A stretch of DNA of 64,000 bases from Thermodesulfobacteriota bacterium (lineage in GTDB: Bacteria > Desulfobacterota > Desulfobulbia > Desulfobulbales > SURF-16). Of the stretch, positions 1 to 10,135 are shown one piece after another. The stretch is taken from assembly GCA_039715015.1 (NCBI GenBank), contig JBDLIE010000001.1, positions 32,001 through 96,000 of the forward strand. The letters are read 5' to 3'. Within the stretch, counting starts at the first letter, position 1. The number at the start of each line of letters is the position of its first letter. The notes under the pieces were generated by a model. It made no database searches. It was given only the letters and a program-made list of their open reading frames with translations, and was not told the origin of the DNA. Position numbers and translations under genes: made by a program.

Positions 1-60
1 TCCTCCAGAAAATAAAATATTTTCCCAAAAAGGAGGAGTAGGGCCGGCAGTACAATGGTT

Positions 61-864
61 CTAAATTGTATTTTTTTTAACAAGCTCGGCGCTCCGCGCT
101 GGGATCCAACATTGACGGCCATCAGCAAGTTCAATCTGAAACCAATACCCCTGTTTTTTTAGAAGAACAAACTCGGTGCCACTATGGAGAGGTGTGGCAA
201 AGGCGGGCTGGTAGTTGCGACCATCACCCTGCCGGGCCATGATCTCAGAGGCGACAATGACCCCCTCTCGGGCAGGCGGCTTGACCTTGTCCATACCCAC
301 GGAAGTGGAGGCCACTAAGGTGGCAAGAAGAAGGGTGGCCGGGATCCAGCTCGGCATGGTGATTTTTTTGAGATAGAAGAGGGACGCTGCCAGCCAGAAA
401 GCAACGTAGAGGCCGAGGAAAATCTGAGTACGCAGGGTAAGTGGTAGACTGCGATGCAGATTTAAACTGGCCAGGGACGTTTCATTGTCTGCCCTGACAA
501 ACTGATCCTGGCGTTCGGAGCGGACAAAGGCCAGGTTATGCTGGATGTTGGTGTCGCTTGCCAGCTCTTTTTCAGCTCTGCGGTAATTGACCATGGCCCG
601 GCCTAGATCTCCCAGGCGATAGTAGGTGTTGCCAATATTATAGGCCAAGCGGGCATTTGGCTGGCTACGCTGAACCTGCTCGTAGCGCAGCAAAGCCTGG
701 CGGTAAAGGTTTTGAGCCGTTTCTGCGGCTTTTTCGTCACTGGCCTGATGGAAAAGGGCATGGGCCTCGGCGACAATCTCTTGATCCGTCTGAGCCTGGG
801 CCACGGCGGCTGGGCTGAAGATAAATATGCAAAGGGTGACAACAAAGGAGAGTGATTTCATCAC
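61..864 (-). CDS. batE: BatE-like TPR protein with C-terminal SH3-like domain
   Basis: Signal peptide, TPR (AYNIGNTYYRLGDLGRAMVNYRRA), two TM helices and an SH3-like end (LHSGTEFVLL...WFQIELADGRQCWIP); last gene of the bat operon. Confidence 0.75.
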   Translation of the reverse strand: MMKSLSFVVTLCIFIFSPAAVAQAQTDQEIVAEAHALFHQASDEKAAETAQNLYRQALLRYEQVQRSQPNARLAYNIGNTYYRLGDLGRAMVNYRRAEKELASDTNIQHNLAFVRSERQDQFVRADNETSLASLNLHRSLPLTLRTQIFLGLYVAFWLAASLFYLKKITMPSWIPATLLLATLVASTSVGMDKVKPPAREGVIVASEIMARQGDGRNYQPAFATPLHSGTEFVLLKKQGYWFQIELADGRQCWIPARSAELVKKNTI

Positions 865-2690
865 AGCACCTCGCTCATTTTTTGGGCAACCCGCAGCAGG
901 TTTTTTTTGTCGAGAACATGGCCTAAGCCACCATAGAGGGCAGCTTCACCCTGATTGAAAATATCTTCAACATCCCTGGTAATATCCTGGGCTTCCCTGT
1001 GCCTGGCAAGAAGACAAAGGACATCGCCCCTGGTGATGGAACGGGCTGGCCGTCCTAGTTTGTCGCCAAGAAAATCAAGCCAGGCCTCAAATACTTCTTC
1101 ATCCTCACAGCCTCGTAGTTTCTTGCGAAGCCGTCTGTAGGCCAGCCTGCGGCGATGTCTCAGTTCTCTGGTGTCGTCATGTTGATAGTGGTCAATAGAG
1201 AACAGCAGGCCAAAGAGCAGGGGGGGCAGCAAAAGGATGGCGAGGTGGAGCAGGGTGCCGTTTCCTGCCGGTGCGGCAACATCAATTTTTTCATAGTTAG
1301 GACGGATATCCTGTTGGGCCTCACTGACAATGGCGGCATTCAAAGAGGCGGCAATGTCTTCTTTGCCAGCGCCAAGGGCATCTTGGGCCGTGATTATTCT
1401 GGTGGGATGGACAGTGAGGCCGATCTCCTTGCTGCGGGCCACCTCGTAGCGCTTTGTCTCAGGGTTGAAGAAAGGCAGACTGAGACCGGGGATCTTTGTC
1501 ACCTGATCATGGCTGGCCCGGATGGTGGTGGTGAAAGTCTTGATACCGGCTGAGAGGTTGCTTTGCGGTTTCTCTGAGGCGGGCTTAAAATCTTGGCTGG
1601 CCAGGGTGGCCTCCAGGGGTGGCAGGCTGAGGTTATCGACAAAGGTGCCACCAATAGTCACCGTCAAATTAATGGGGTCTCCAACGTTAACGGCAGTGGG
1701 GTTGGCCTCGGTAGTCATGGTGTAGTGCCCCACCAAGCCGCTGAAATGGGGAGGCCTGTCCTGACTGGGAAGTTCAAGGACTTCAAGGTTGAGAGCATTT
1801 GCCGGGATGACCACGGTACGATAGATCTTGCGGCGCCCTGAGCCGAACATATCAAAGGGGTCCCTGCCGAACTGGCCACGTCGTGACTGGCTGTAGCCGT
1901 CAAAGGCGTTAATGGCCAGAGTTCCCTGGGGAAGGCTGATTTTGCCCGGGCTTCTCGGGATAAGGGTATGACGAAAGTTGAGAGCAACATAGTCCCGGCC
2001 ATCATGTTTTACTGCCTTTTTTTGAGCGGTAACACTCTGTCCTGCCACCTCGATCTCCACGAGCTCTATCCGTCCTCGGGGTTTGCTTGGCTGGAGGCCA
2101 AAGAGCTCAAAACGGCTGTCGCTGAATATGGGAAGGTTGAATTCAAAACCCTTAAGATCCTGACCTATGAGCCAGGTGGTGGTCATGATGATGGGCTCAC
2201 CCACATAACAGCGTTCTTTAGAAAGCCTCACCAGCAGCTTGAAGTCGTCGCTCTCCTCCGGTTCTTTTACCATCATGGTGATAGGCGCGGTACTATAGGT
2301 GGCGCCGTCAATGGTCACCGGAATGGCCGGAATGGTTAGCACCCCTGTCTTGCTGGCGGTGAGCAGGTATTGATAGACGTAGCTTAAGGTCTTGGTGGTC
2401 TGCACCTTGCCGTTTAGGGAAATCTGGTAGCTCTGGCTGCGGTTGGTGCCGCCCTGGGGTTCCACCTGAAAATCTTTGAGTGTGATGGAAGGCTGCCCTG
2501 TGGCCTCAGCACCCCTAATCTCAAGCTGCAGAGTGAAGGGCTGCCCCACATAAATTTCGTTACTTGCCACCTGGGCCTGGACCGAGATGGCGTCAGCAGC
2601 CTTGACCAGGGAAGGGAGAAGAAGGGGCAACAGGGCCACTGTCAAGATGTGGAAAAGATGTTTTGCCATGGTTTTTCTATACGATGACAT
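861..2690 (-). CDS. batD: BatD family protein
   Basis: Signal peptide, repeated Ig-like BatD units (VGQPFTLQLEI, VGEPIIMT, VNVGDPINLTVTI), C-terminal TM; position in operon. Confidence 0.85.
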   Translation of the reverse strand: MSSYRKTMAKHLFHILTVALLPLLLPSLVKAADAISVQAQVASNEIYVGQPFTLQLEIRGAEATGQPSITLKDFQVEPQGGTNRSQSYQISLNGKVQTTKTLSYVYQYLLTASKTGVLTIPAIPVTIDGATYSTAPITMMVKEPEESDDFKLLVRLSKERCYVGEPIIMTTTWLIGQDLKGFEFNLPIFSDSRFELFGLQPSKPRGRIELVEIEVAGQSVTAQKKAVKHDGRDYVALNFRHTLIPRSPGKISLPQGTLAINAFDGYSQSRRGQFGRDPFDMFGSGRRKIYRTVVIPANALNLEVLELPSQDRPPHFSGLVGHYTMTTEANPTAVNVGDPINLTVTIGGTFVDNLSLPPLEATLASQDFKPASEKPQSNLSAGIKTFTTTIRASHDQVTKIPGLSLPFFNPETKRYEVARSKEIGLTVHPTRIITAQDALGAGKEDIAASLNAAIVSEAQQDIRPNYEKIDVAAPAGNGTLLHLAILLLPPLLFGLLFSIDHYQHDDTRELRHRRRLAYRRLRKKLRGCEDEEVFEAWLDFLGDKLGRPARSITRGDVLCLLARHREAQDITRDVEDIFNQGEAALYGGLGHVLDKKNLLRVAQKMSEVL

Positions 2691-2693
2691 GGG

Positions 2694-3890
2694 TTACCAG
2701 TCCTTGCCGCTGGTGGGGCGCTGTTGTCGCATGCGCAGACGGCGCATTTCGTGGAGGGCTTTTTCGCCATCAAGAATGTCGGCCAGAGTGGCGGCGGTTT
2801 TGTCGGCCTGCTGGTCCTGCTCGTCATCTGCTTGCTGGCCACTGGCAGGGGCGTTCTCTTCATGCCCTTTAGGGGTGTCACTGTTGACAGCCGGGGCTGG
2901 GGATTGTTCCGCTCCAGCCTCTTTTTCCGTATCCAGATTGGCTGCCATCTTGCTCAGGCTGTCAGCCGCCTGCTGCTGGTGTTCCTGGGCCTGGTTAAGG
3001 TCTCCTTGGTTAAGAGACTCTTCCGCTTTTTTCTGGGCGTCGATGGCCTCCTCCAGCTGCTTGCTGAGATTATCTTGGTCTTGCCCCTCTTTGTTCAAGT
3101 CCTCTTTGATTTTTTCCAGGGCCTGGCGTACGTTCTGTTGCTGGGCTGCCATATCTTGCATTTGCTCGTTGCTGGGACCGTTTTGGTTGCCGCCCGAGCT
3201 GTTCTCCTTACTCTGGTCAGCCATATCCTGCTGCTGTTGTCCAGCTTCGTTAAGTTGCTCCTGAAGGTCCTGCTGGTCATTTTTGGGGCCAGACTGGTTT
3301 TGCTGTTGCTGGCCTTGACCCTGTTGGCCTGCCGGCGGCTGCTGGTTAAGCTTGGCAAATTCCTTACGGAAATCCTCAATGCCCTTGCGGGCGGCTTTGA
3401 GGCCGGGGTCGTTACGCAGGGCCTGCTGGAAAGCCTGGTTGGCGGCCAGCAGCTGTTCTCTTTTTGGGGCCAGCTTTTGATTTTTCCCGGCCTGGGTCAG
3501 CAGAGTACGGCCTTTATTGTATTCCGTCCTGGCCCTGGTTTTTGGATTTTTGTCTGCGGCGGCACTGGCTGTAAAGGCCTGGGACGCCTCGCTAAAACTC
3601 TTTAGTTTGTAAAAAGCTGTACCCTGATTGTAGAGGGCCTTGGCGTCTTCCGGTTTTTTGGCCACCGCCTGGCTGAAAAGATCCAGGGCCTGCTCATAAT
3701 TGCCCTTTCCATAGGCTTTAACACCTTGGCGGTGCAGAGAGTCGATACTTGCTGCCAGGCCCAAGGCAGGGAAAAAAGCCATGGCAAGCGTCCCAGAGAG
3801 ACACAGAGATATAAGGTTTAAGAATGGTAAGCTTCGGCTCTCTGGGTGGGAACTAAAAACAGCTTGTCTGGCAGCAAATTTAACAATCAT
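2694..3890 (-). CDS. batC: BatC-like TPR protein with Q-rich low-complexity tail
   Basis: TPR motifs (ALYNQGTAFYK), Q-rich region, terminal KDW; ATGA overlap with the upstream gene. Confidence 0.7.
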   Translation of the reverse strand: MIVKFAARQAVFSSHPESRSLPFLNLISLCLSGTLAMAFFPALGLAASIDSLHRQGVKAYGKGNYEQALDLFSQAVAKKPEDAKALYNQGTAFYKLKSFSEASQAFTASAAADKNPKTRARTEYNKGRTLLTQAGKNQKLAPKREQLLAANQAFQQALRNDPGLKAARKGIEDFRKEFAKLNQQPPAGQQGQGQQQQNQSGPKNDQQDLQEQLNEAGQQQQDMADQSKENSSGGNQNGPSNEQMQDMAAQQQNVRQALEKIKEDLNKEGQDQDNLSKQLEEAIDAQKKAEESLNQGDLNQAQEHQQQAADSLSKMAANLDTEKEAGAEQSPAPAVNSDTPKGHEENAPASGQQADDEQDQQADKTAATLADILDGEKALHEMRRLRMRQQRPTSGKDW

Positions 3891-4906
3891 TTTCGGGCAA
3901 CTCCCTTGGCTTGCGCTCCCAGAAACATCATTTCCATAATGAGCAGGAGCAGGGCGGCAGCCAGGAAATATTGGAATTTCTCATCAAAATTTTCAATGGT
4001 TTCTTCGGCAAGTTCTCGTTTGGCATCTCCGGCAATGAGGTCAAGGTATACCTGGCCCAGGTCAATGGTGCCGGTGGCCACCGGCAGATAGCGACCGCCT
4101 GGGGTGGCCAGGGCTATCTTGCGCAGGGTACCGGCATCGAGTTTGGTAGAGACCTCTTTGCCTTCATAGGTGAGATGCTGGCGTCTGCCCTGCTCGTCGA
4201 TAAGGGGAATGGGCTGGCCCTGACGTTCGTCACCGAGGCCAATGACAATGAGACGGATACCCTCATCGCCCACCGCCTCGGCAGCATTAACCGGAAAGGA
4301 GTCATGGTCCTCGCCATCCGTAATCAGGATGATATCCTTATAGGCCTTGACTTGGTTATCAAAAACATCACGTTGGACAAGGCGCAGGGTGTCCCCGATA
4401 TTGGTGCCGCCTTTCACCTCCATGTCGGTGTTGATCTGGTCCAGCATCTGCCGAAAGAAACCATAGTCCAGGGTCAGGGGGCAGCGCACCTTGGCAGAAC
4501 CGGCAAATGCCACCAGGCTCACCCGGTCACCCTGCAGTCGTTCCACACAATCCATTATGGCCAGCTTGGCCCGTTCCAGTCGGTTGGGGGAAAGGTCCTC
4601 AGCCAGCATGGAGCGGGAGACATCAAGGAGAAAAACCACATCGCGGCCCTGCCTTTTTACCGTGGTTGGCTTTTGCTGCCAGGCTGGCCGGGCCAGGGCA
4701 ATAATAATCAAGGTCAAGGCCAGAAAGAGAATGCTGCGCTGGACAAGAACGATAAAGAGGCGGGAGAAAGTTGTTGTTTGCCCTTTACTTGCAAAGGTAC
4801 GCAGCTTTCTAGCTGATCTCTTGGCGTGGATGATCAAAACAAAGGCCAGCAGGGGCAGGGCCCAGAGCAGCAAAAGATGGTTGCCGGCCAGAAACTGAAA
4901 TTTCAT
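3887..4906 (-). CDS. batB: VWA domain protein (BatB-like)
   Basis: ALARP then MIDAS motif DVSRSM, ILITDGEDH. Start placed at ATG 4906, which overlaps the batA stop (ATGA). Confidence 0.85.
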   Translation of the reverse strand: MKFQFLAGNHLLLLWALPLLAFVLIIHAKRSARKLRTFASKGQTTTFSRLFIVLVQRSILFLALTLIIIALARPAWQQKPTTVKRQGRDVVFLLDVSRSMLAEDLSPNRLERAKLAIMDCVERLQGDRVSLVAFAGSAKVRCPLTLDYGFFRQMLDQINTDMEVKGGTNIGDTLRLVQRDVFDNQVKAYKDIILITDGEDHDSFPVNAAEAVGDEGIRLIVIGLGDERQGQPIPLIDEQGRRQHLTYEGKEVSTKLDAGTLRKIALATPGGRYLPVATGTIDLGQVYLDLIAGDAKRELAEETIENFDEKFQYFLAAALLLLIMEMMFLGAQAKGVARK

Positions 4907-5934
4907 GGCAACACCCCCAAGACACTCCACTCCAGACTGAGGCCCAGAGCCAGGAGAGCAAAGGCGGCCAGGACAAATTTGCTGAAATGCTCCTTGTAAT
5001 CCATATAGCGGATTGATTCGATCTCACTCTTTTCCAGACTGTCGATGGTCTCGTAGATCCCCTGTAAGGCCGTGCCATCGCCAGCCAGCCAGAATTGTCC
5101 TCCTGTTTCCCGGGCCAGGGCGGTGAGGGTTTTGACATCCACATTGACACTCCGGCCCAAGGAGAAAAAGGAGCGTTTTTTTGACTCGCCAATGCCGATG
5201 GTGTAGATCTTGATGCCCCAGTCCTTGGCCAAGGAGGCGGCCTGCATGGGTGTATGCTGGCCGGCATTATGAACGCCGTCCGTTAGCAGGATAATGATCT
5301 TGCTTTTGATTTCGTAGCCGTCCTCATCCCTGGTTTTTTCACCGGCAGCCTTAAGACGGGCGGCGGCCAGAGCCAGTCCGTCGCCAATGGCTGTGCCGTC
5401 CTCGTGACGCTCGTCTGGGGCCACCAACCGAACCTGTTTAACAAAGCCTTCAACTGCGCCATGGGCCAGGGTCAGAGGGCAGACGGTCTCGGCAAAACGG
5501 GCAAAGGCCACCATGCCGATCAAGTCGTTGGGGCGACCGCTTAATTCCTTGCCGTTGCCCAGGACAAAGTCATGAAAGGCAAGCTTCACCGCCTCCAGAC
5601 GGTTCATCTTCCGGCCTTGATAGACAAAGGACTCCGCCATGCTGGAAGAGCGATCAACAACGATTTCGATGGCAATGCCATGGCTGATCTGCTCGATCTT
5701 TTCGATGCCTTGCTGGGGCCGGGCCAAGCCGGTGATCAGCAGGGTCAGGGCCAGAAGGCGCAGGATAAAGGGCAGGTGGATAAGGCGCTGGCGTAAGGAA
5801 CGCCCGGCCCCAGCTGCTTCGCTCAGATCGGAAAAGGCCATTCCTGGCATGCTGCGTCTTTTGCTAAAGCGACGGAACACGAGGAGGGGCAGGATGAGCA
5901 GAGCCCAGAAGGCCCAGGGAGTGGCAAAGGTCAT
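4903..5934 (-). CDS. batA: VWA domain protein (BatA-like)
   Basis: N-terminal F..PW TM, GLARPQ, MIDAS DRSSSM, GTAIGDG, LLTDG. Confidence 0.88.
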   Translation of the reverse strand: MTFATPWAFWALLILPLLVFRRFSKRRSMPGMAFSDLSEAAGAGRSLRQRLIHLPFILRLLALTLLITGLARPQQGIEKIEQISHGIAIEIVVDRSSSMAESFVYQGRKMNRLEAVKLAFHDFVLGNGKELSGRPNDLIGMVAFARFAETVCPLTLAHGAVEGFVKQVRLVAPDERHEDGTAIGDGLALAAARLKAAGEKTRDEDGYEIKSKIIILLTDGVHNAGQHTPMQAASLAKDWGIKIYTIGIGESKKRSFFSLGRSVNVDVKTLTALARETGGQFWLAGDGTALQGIYETIDSLEKSEIESIRYMDYKEHFSKFVLAAFALLALGLSLEWSVLGVLP

Positions 5935-5983
5935 AGTCGGTCGGTCATCTTAGGGGCCATCCTCCGGATGGCGGCAGTTATTT

Positions 5984-6946
5984 TCACCAGCGGCCACATG
6001 TCTTGTCGTCTGGTTTGGCTAAGGGGCAGGGCTCCAGGCCTTTTTCGATTTGGGCCGCGATTTCCTCTGTCTTGCCCGGCGCAGGCTCAATGTTGCTGAA
6101 TTTTATCAGGTCGCAGTGCTCAAGCACGGCGAGGAAGATATCGCGGCTCTCCCTGGGGATCTCCTCACAGGCGGCAATGGTTGGCCCATACTCGTTGTAA
6201 GTCTGCTCCAGGCAGCGGAGTTCGAAGCGGCTGTCAAGATAGCAGCGCAGGATAAAGGCCAGCCCCTCCACCTGGTCACGGGGCGCGAGATCGGTAAGGA
6301 GCGCCATTTCAGCAAGGGCCCGCTCCTTGGGGGGCAGGCATTTGGGGCCTTTGTTTTTTAAGCGCATAAAGATCCAGATGGCCAGGGCGAGGATGACGAG
6401 GGCCCCAGCGGCCAGGGCCATGATTCTGGCCACAGGCTTGCCTGGGCCGGCAGGGGGGAGAATGTCGTCCAGGTCTTCATCTCCAGCCTGGATTTCCTGG
6501 GCGACCAGCTCCGGGCGAGGCAGGATCAATTCGGTGGTCATGTCACCTCGACGGGCAGTAATCAGCAACTCCGGAAGCTGGTAAGGGCCGGGATTGTAAG
6601 GCTCGATAAGCCACTGGCGCTCACTTTCAAGGCCAATCGCCGTTCTCCTGGTCTTGGCCTCTCCTTGATCCAGGAGGGTAAAGTCGCCAAAATTTGGTCC
6701 GGAAAAGGTGGGCAGGGCAACGGCCATATTTTCGGGGGAGGATACGGTGAGGGTGCAGAGGAGCTGGTCGGCAGCCGTCAGCAAGGGTTGGCCTTGGTCA
6801 TCGTTAAGCAGGGTGTCGCCGCTGATTGTAAGCCGGGCCTGCAGCTCTCCCTCGCTGCTTTGCAGATCAACAAGCATGGCGGCCTCTGTCTGAAACGGTA
6901 CGAACAGCAGCAGGCTGAAAAAACAGATGAGAAGCCGGGCCATCAA
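5984..6946 (-). CDS. Bat-operon-associated membrane protein (BatD-like / DUF4381-like)
   Basis: Signal peptide, single TM, C-terminal DLIKFS motif; lies between DUF58 and batA. Confidence 0.6.
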   Translation of the reverse strand: MMARLLICFFSLLLFVPFQTEAAMLVDLQSSEGELQARLTISGDTLLNDDQGQPLLTAADQLLCTLTVSSPENMAVALPTFSGPNFGDFTLLDQGEAKTRRTAIGLESERQWLIEPYNPGPYQLPELLITARRGDMTTELILPRPELVAQEIQAGDEDLDDILPPAGPGKPVARIMALAAGALVILALAIWIFMRLKNKGPKCLPPKERALAEMALLTDLAPRDQVEGLAFILRCYLDSRFELRCLEQTYNEYGPTIAACEEIPRESRDIFLAVLEHCDLIKFSNIEPAPGKTEEIAAQIEKGLEPCPLAKPDDKTCGRW

Positions 6947-7824
6947 TGCACCCTCCGTCTCTCCCTGGCCCGGAAGAAGCGGACCAGGTCAACCACGTAA
7001 TCGTCATCAGTGACAAGGGGGATATGGTCAATGGCCTGCTTCTTAAAGAGCTGGGCCAGGGCCTGGCGTCTTCCCTCTCCCAGGGCCTGAAATTGGCGAC
7101 GGACCTTTTTGTTTGAGGTGTCAATAACCTCCATCTGGCCGCTCTCATTGTCGATCAGGCGCAAAAGACCGGCCTTGGGCAGCTCAAGTTCAGCAGGGTC
7201 AGTGATGGAGATAGCAATGACGTCATGGCGTTTTGCTGTGGCGCGCAGGGCCTTGCTGAAATCAGGGGCCCGGAAGTCGGAGACAAGAAAGACCACGGCC
7301 CGCTTATTCTGGACCTTGGCCAGGTAATTAAGCACAGTATTGATCTCTGTTTTCCGGCCCTTGGGCTGAAGATGGAGGATGTCGCGGACCAGGCGCAGGG
7401 CGTGGCTCGTCCCTTTTCTGGGCGGGATGAACAGTTCAATCTCATCACTGAAGGCGATGAGGCCAGCCTTATCGTTATTACGGATGGCTGAAAAGGCAAG
7501 GAGGCCGCAAAGCTCAGCGGCCACGTCGTTTTTTAGTCGGCCAGTGGAGCCAAAGACGCCGGAGGCGGAAAGATCAACAAGAAAGAGGATGGTGAGTTCC
7601 CTCTCCTCCACATAACGTTTGATGTGTGGCTCCCCGGTACGGGCCGTAACATTCCAGTCAATGGTGCGGACATCATCGCCGGGCTGATAGGGGCGCACCT
7701 CGTCAAACTCCATACCTCGGCCTTTGAATACAGAGTGGTATTCACCGGCCAGGATGTCGCTCACCGCCTTACTGGCTGTAATCTGGATATGGCGGATCTT
7801 TTGCCGTAACTCATTATCGATCAT
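6943..7824 (-). CDS. DUF58 domain protein
   Basis: GEYHSVFKGRGMEFDEVRPYQPGDDVRTIDWNVTAR signature. Confidence 0.92.
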   Translation of the reverse strand: MIDNELRQKIRHIQITASKAVSDILAGEYHSVFKGRGMEFDEVRPYQPGDDVRTIDWNVTARTGEPHIKRYVEERELTILFLVDLSASGVFGSTGRLKNDVAAELCGLLAFSAIRNNDKAGLIAFSDEIELFIPPRKGTSHALRLVRDILHLQPKGRKTEINTVLNYLAKVQNKRAVVFLVSDFRAPDFSKALRATAKRHDVIAISITDPAELELPKAGLLRLIDNESGQMEVIDTSNKKVRRQFQALGEGRRQALAQLFKKQAIDHIPLVTDDDYVVDLVRFFRARERRRVH

Positions 7825-8807
7825 GGGACCTCGATGGTTGCCAGAAGACGGCCAATGAGCTCATCACTATTGATCTCCTCAGCCTCGGCCTCATAGGTAA
7901 GGAGCAGGCGGTGGCGTAAGGCGTCCATGGCAATGGTCTTCACATCCTGGGGGGTGACATAGCCGCGGCCATCCAAAAGGGCGGTGGCCCGGGCCGCCTG
8001 GGCCAGGAAGATGGTGGCCCGTGGCGAGGCGCCGAACTGGATATAGGGGCCGATGTCGAGTTTGTATTGTTTCGGGTTCCTGGTGGCGTCCACCAGATTG
8101 ACGATATACTCCTCAATGGCCGGATCAATATAGATGGTGGTGGCCAAAGTGCGGAGGCTCAGGATGTCTGCCGGGGTCATGGCCGGTTTTGCATGGTTTT
8201 CCGGGTTAGCGGCCTGGGCCCGCATAATGAGAAGCTCCTCATCTTTGGAGGGATAGCTGACCTTAAGTTTGAACATGAAGCGGTCCACCTGGGCCTCGGG
8301 CAGGGGGTAGGTGCCCTCCTGTTCCACCGGGTTCTGGGTGGCCAGGACCATGAAGGGTTCTTCGAGGTTAAAGCTTGTGTCGCCGATGGTAATTTGCCGC
8401 TCCTGCATGGCTTCAAGCAGGGCACTCTGCACCTTGGCAGGGGCGCGGTTAATCTCGTCTGCCAGGATGATGTTGGCAAAGAGCGGCCCCTTTTTGACGG
8501 TGAAATCACCGTTTTTAGGGTTGTAAATCAGGGTGCCGAGCAGGTCGCCGGGCAATAGGTCCGGCGTGAACTGGATCCGTTGAAAATGAGTGCCGGTGGT
8601 CTGGGCCAAGGTGGTGACCGCCAAGGTCTTGGCCAGGCCGGGCAGACCCTCAATGAGCACATGGTTGTTGCAAAATAGGGCAGTCAGCAGCCTGTCTAAA
8701 AGTTGCTCTTGGCCAATGATGACTTGGGCAAGTTCCTGCCTGGTCTGTTGGATGAGAGGGGCTTGGGCTTGGACCTGTTCGGTGATTTCTGGCGTTTGCA
8801 TTGGCAT
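7821..8807 (-). CDS. moxR: MoxR family AAA+ ATPase
   Basis: Walker A GLPGLAKT, RIQFTPDLLP, DEINRAPAKVQSALLEAMQE, ATQNPVEQEGTYPLPEAQ. Confidence 0.95.
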   Translation of the reverse strand: MPMQTPEITEQVQAQAPLIQQTRQELAQVIIGQEQLLDRLLTALFCNNHVLIEGLPGLAKTLAVTTLAQTTGTHFQRIQFTPDLLPGDLLGTLIYNPKNGDFTVKKGPLFANIILADEINRAPAKVQSALLEAMQERQITIGDTSFNLEEPFMVLATQNPVEQEGTYPLPEAQVDRFMFKLKVSYPSKDEELLIMRAQAANPENHAKPAMTPADILSLRTLATTIYIDPAIEEYIVNLVDATRNPKQYKLDIGPYIQFGASPRATIFLAQAARATALLDGRGYVTPQDVKTIAMDALRHRLLLTYEAEAEEINSDELIGRLLATIEVP

Positions 8808-9005
8808 ACTGAAAAGTTATAGGATGATGAAAACTGTAAGTTTCAGAAGAATAAAGAAGGGGAGGGGAGTTGTCAAGGAGGGGAAGCAGGGACTAAAAAA
8901 GGAGGGTGATTTTTATCCTCTCTAGGCAAAGCAGTGATAAAAAAGTTTCTCGATGGCAAGGTCTGCTAGACTACTTGTAGTCAACCCTAACTATGAGGTG
9001 AAAGT

Positions 9006-9527
9006 ATGAGAGTTGTACCCCTAGTAATGCTGATTTTCTTGTTGTTGCTGCCTGGATGCATACAGAGCTATCGCCTTTCTGTGGAAGGGGGAACGACTGT
9101 TGATATCTTTGCCAGCCAGAATCGAAACTCATCCTACGGTTTAGCCGGGAGTGATGGTATGGTTAGTCTGGCAGCCACTGATGTAGGCGCGGTAGAGGGG
9201 CTTGATGTAGGGATTGGTGCTGTGCGCTGGAGCGGTCCCTATTCAGATAATACCTTGGTCGGGACCAATGTTGGTTATCGTTTAGCAAACGACAATGGCT
9301 ATTTTGTCAGGGCGAGCATCGGCCCCTATTATGGCGATGAGACAGTGAGGACGTCAACTCACTGGACCTTTGGCTTCAACGCCGTGATAGGGATGGCCTT
9401 TAACGAGGGCAAGAATGAAATCTATACTGGTTTTTGGCATTTTTCCAACGGCAGCTCTTTAGGTCTCGCCGATAAGCCAAATATGAGCGAGGAGTTTTTG
9501 AACTGCGGAATTTCTTTCCTGTTCTGA
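9006..9527 (+). CDS. PagL/acyloxyacyl hydrolase-like outer-membrane beta-barrel protein
   Basis: Lipobox-like LLLPGC, amphipathic beta strands, H-F-S-N motif (WHFSNG), terminal Phe. Confidence 0.55.
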   Translation: MRVVPLVMLIFLLLLPGCIQSYRLSVEGGTTVDIFASQNRNSSYGLAGSDGMVSLAATDVGAVEGLDVGIGAVRWSGPYSDNTLVGTNVGYRLANDNGYFVRASIGPYYGDETVRTSTHWTFGFNAVIGMAFNEGKNEIYTGFWHFSNGSSLGLADKPNMSEEFLNCGISFLF

Positions 9528-9568
9528 TTAAAAAAATAGGAATCATTTCGTGCCGTTCTGGTTGTGTT

Positions 9569-9976
9569 ATGGAGAAAAAATTGTTCGTTGCTGGCATAAT
9601 TGTCGCCATGATATCTTTTGGAGTTTTTAAAACGCATGCCAGGCCGGACCAGCGCTATGATGCAGGGAATCAAACAACAAGGGATCTGCTATTAAAGAAC
9701 AGGAGAGCTGGGTATAAAATTTTCAGGAATTTTTGTAAAAGTTGCCACTATCGAGAAAACGAACAAGCTCCTTTCCTCCATACCGAATCAAAAACCATGC
9801 GCGGCTGGAATACTGTTTTTCATAAAAAACATCCCAAGTGTGCCCAACAGGGTCTTTGGAATAAATTGTCCTCTGATGATTTATTGAACCTTAACGACTA
9901 TCTCTACTATAATGCTCTTGATGCCTATGATCCCAATGATCCTTGGGACAACGATGGCATCTGGTTTTATAACTAG
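9569..9976 (+). CDS. Small periplasmic monoheme c-type cytochrome
   Basis: Signal peptide and one CKSCH heme motif; paralog of 39962..40357. Confidence 0.75.
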   Translation: MEKKLFVAGIIVAMISFGVFKTHARPDQRYDAGNQTTRDLLLKNRRAGYKIFRNFCKSCHYRENEQAPFLHTESKTMRGWNTVFHKKHPKCAQQGLWNKLSSDDLLNLNDYLYYNALDAYDPNDPWDNDGIWFYN

Positions 9977-10135
9977 TTGACTTATGCAGAATTCATTTAT
10001 TCTATAAAAGAGAGAAATCAATCGGGCCCAGACCCAATTTTTTTGCTGTCGTGGTTGCACAATTTGAACAGTGCCTTCGATGCTTAAGAGCTGTTTTAAA
10101 AGCGCTTTTGTTTCCATACTCAAAAGGAGAGCAGC

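Noticed and set aside
3030..3345. Gln-rich repetitive coding stretch
   Set aside because: Normal low-complexity tail of BatC-like proteins.
2724..4816. Long plus-strand ORFs (293 and 301 aa) opposite the bat genes, and similar ones at 42932, 46980 and 60591
   Set aside because: Antisense shadows of well-supported genes in GC-rich DNA with no recognisable motifs.
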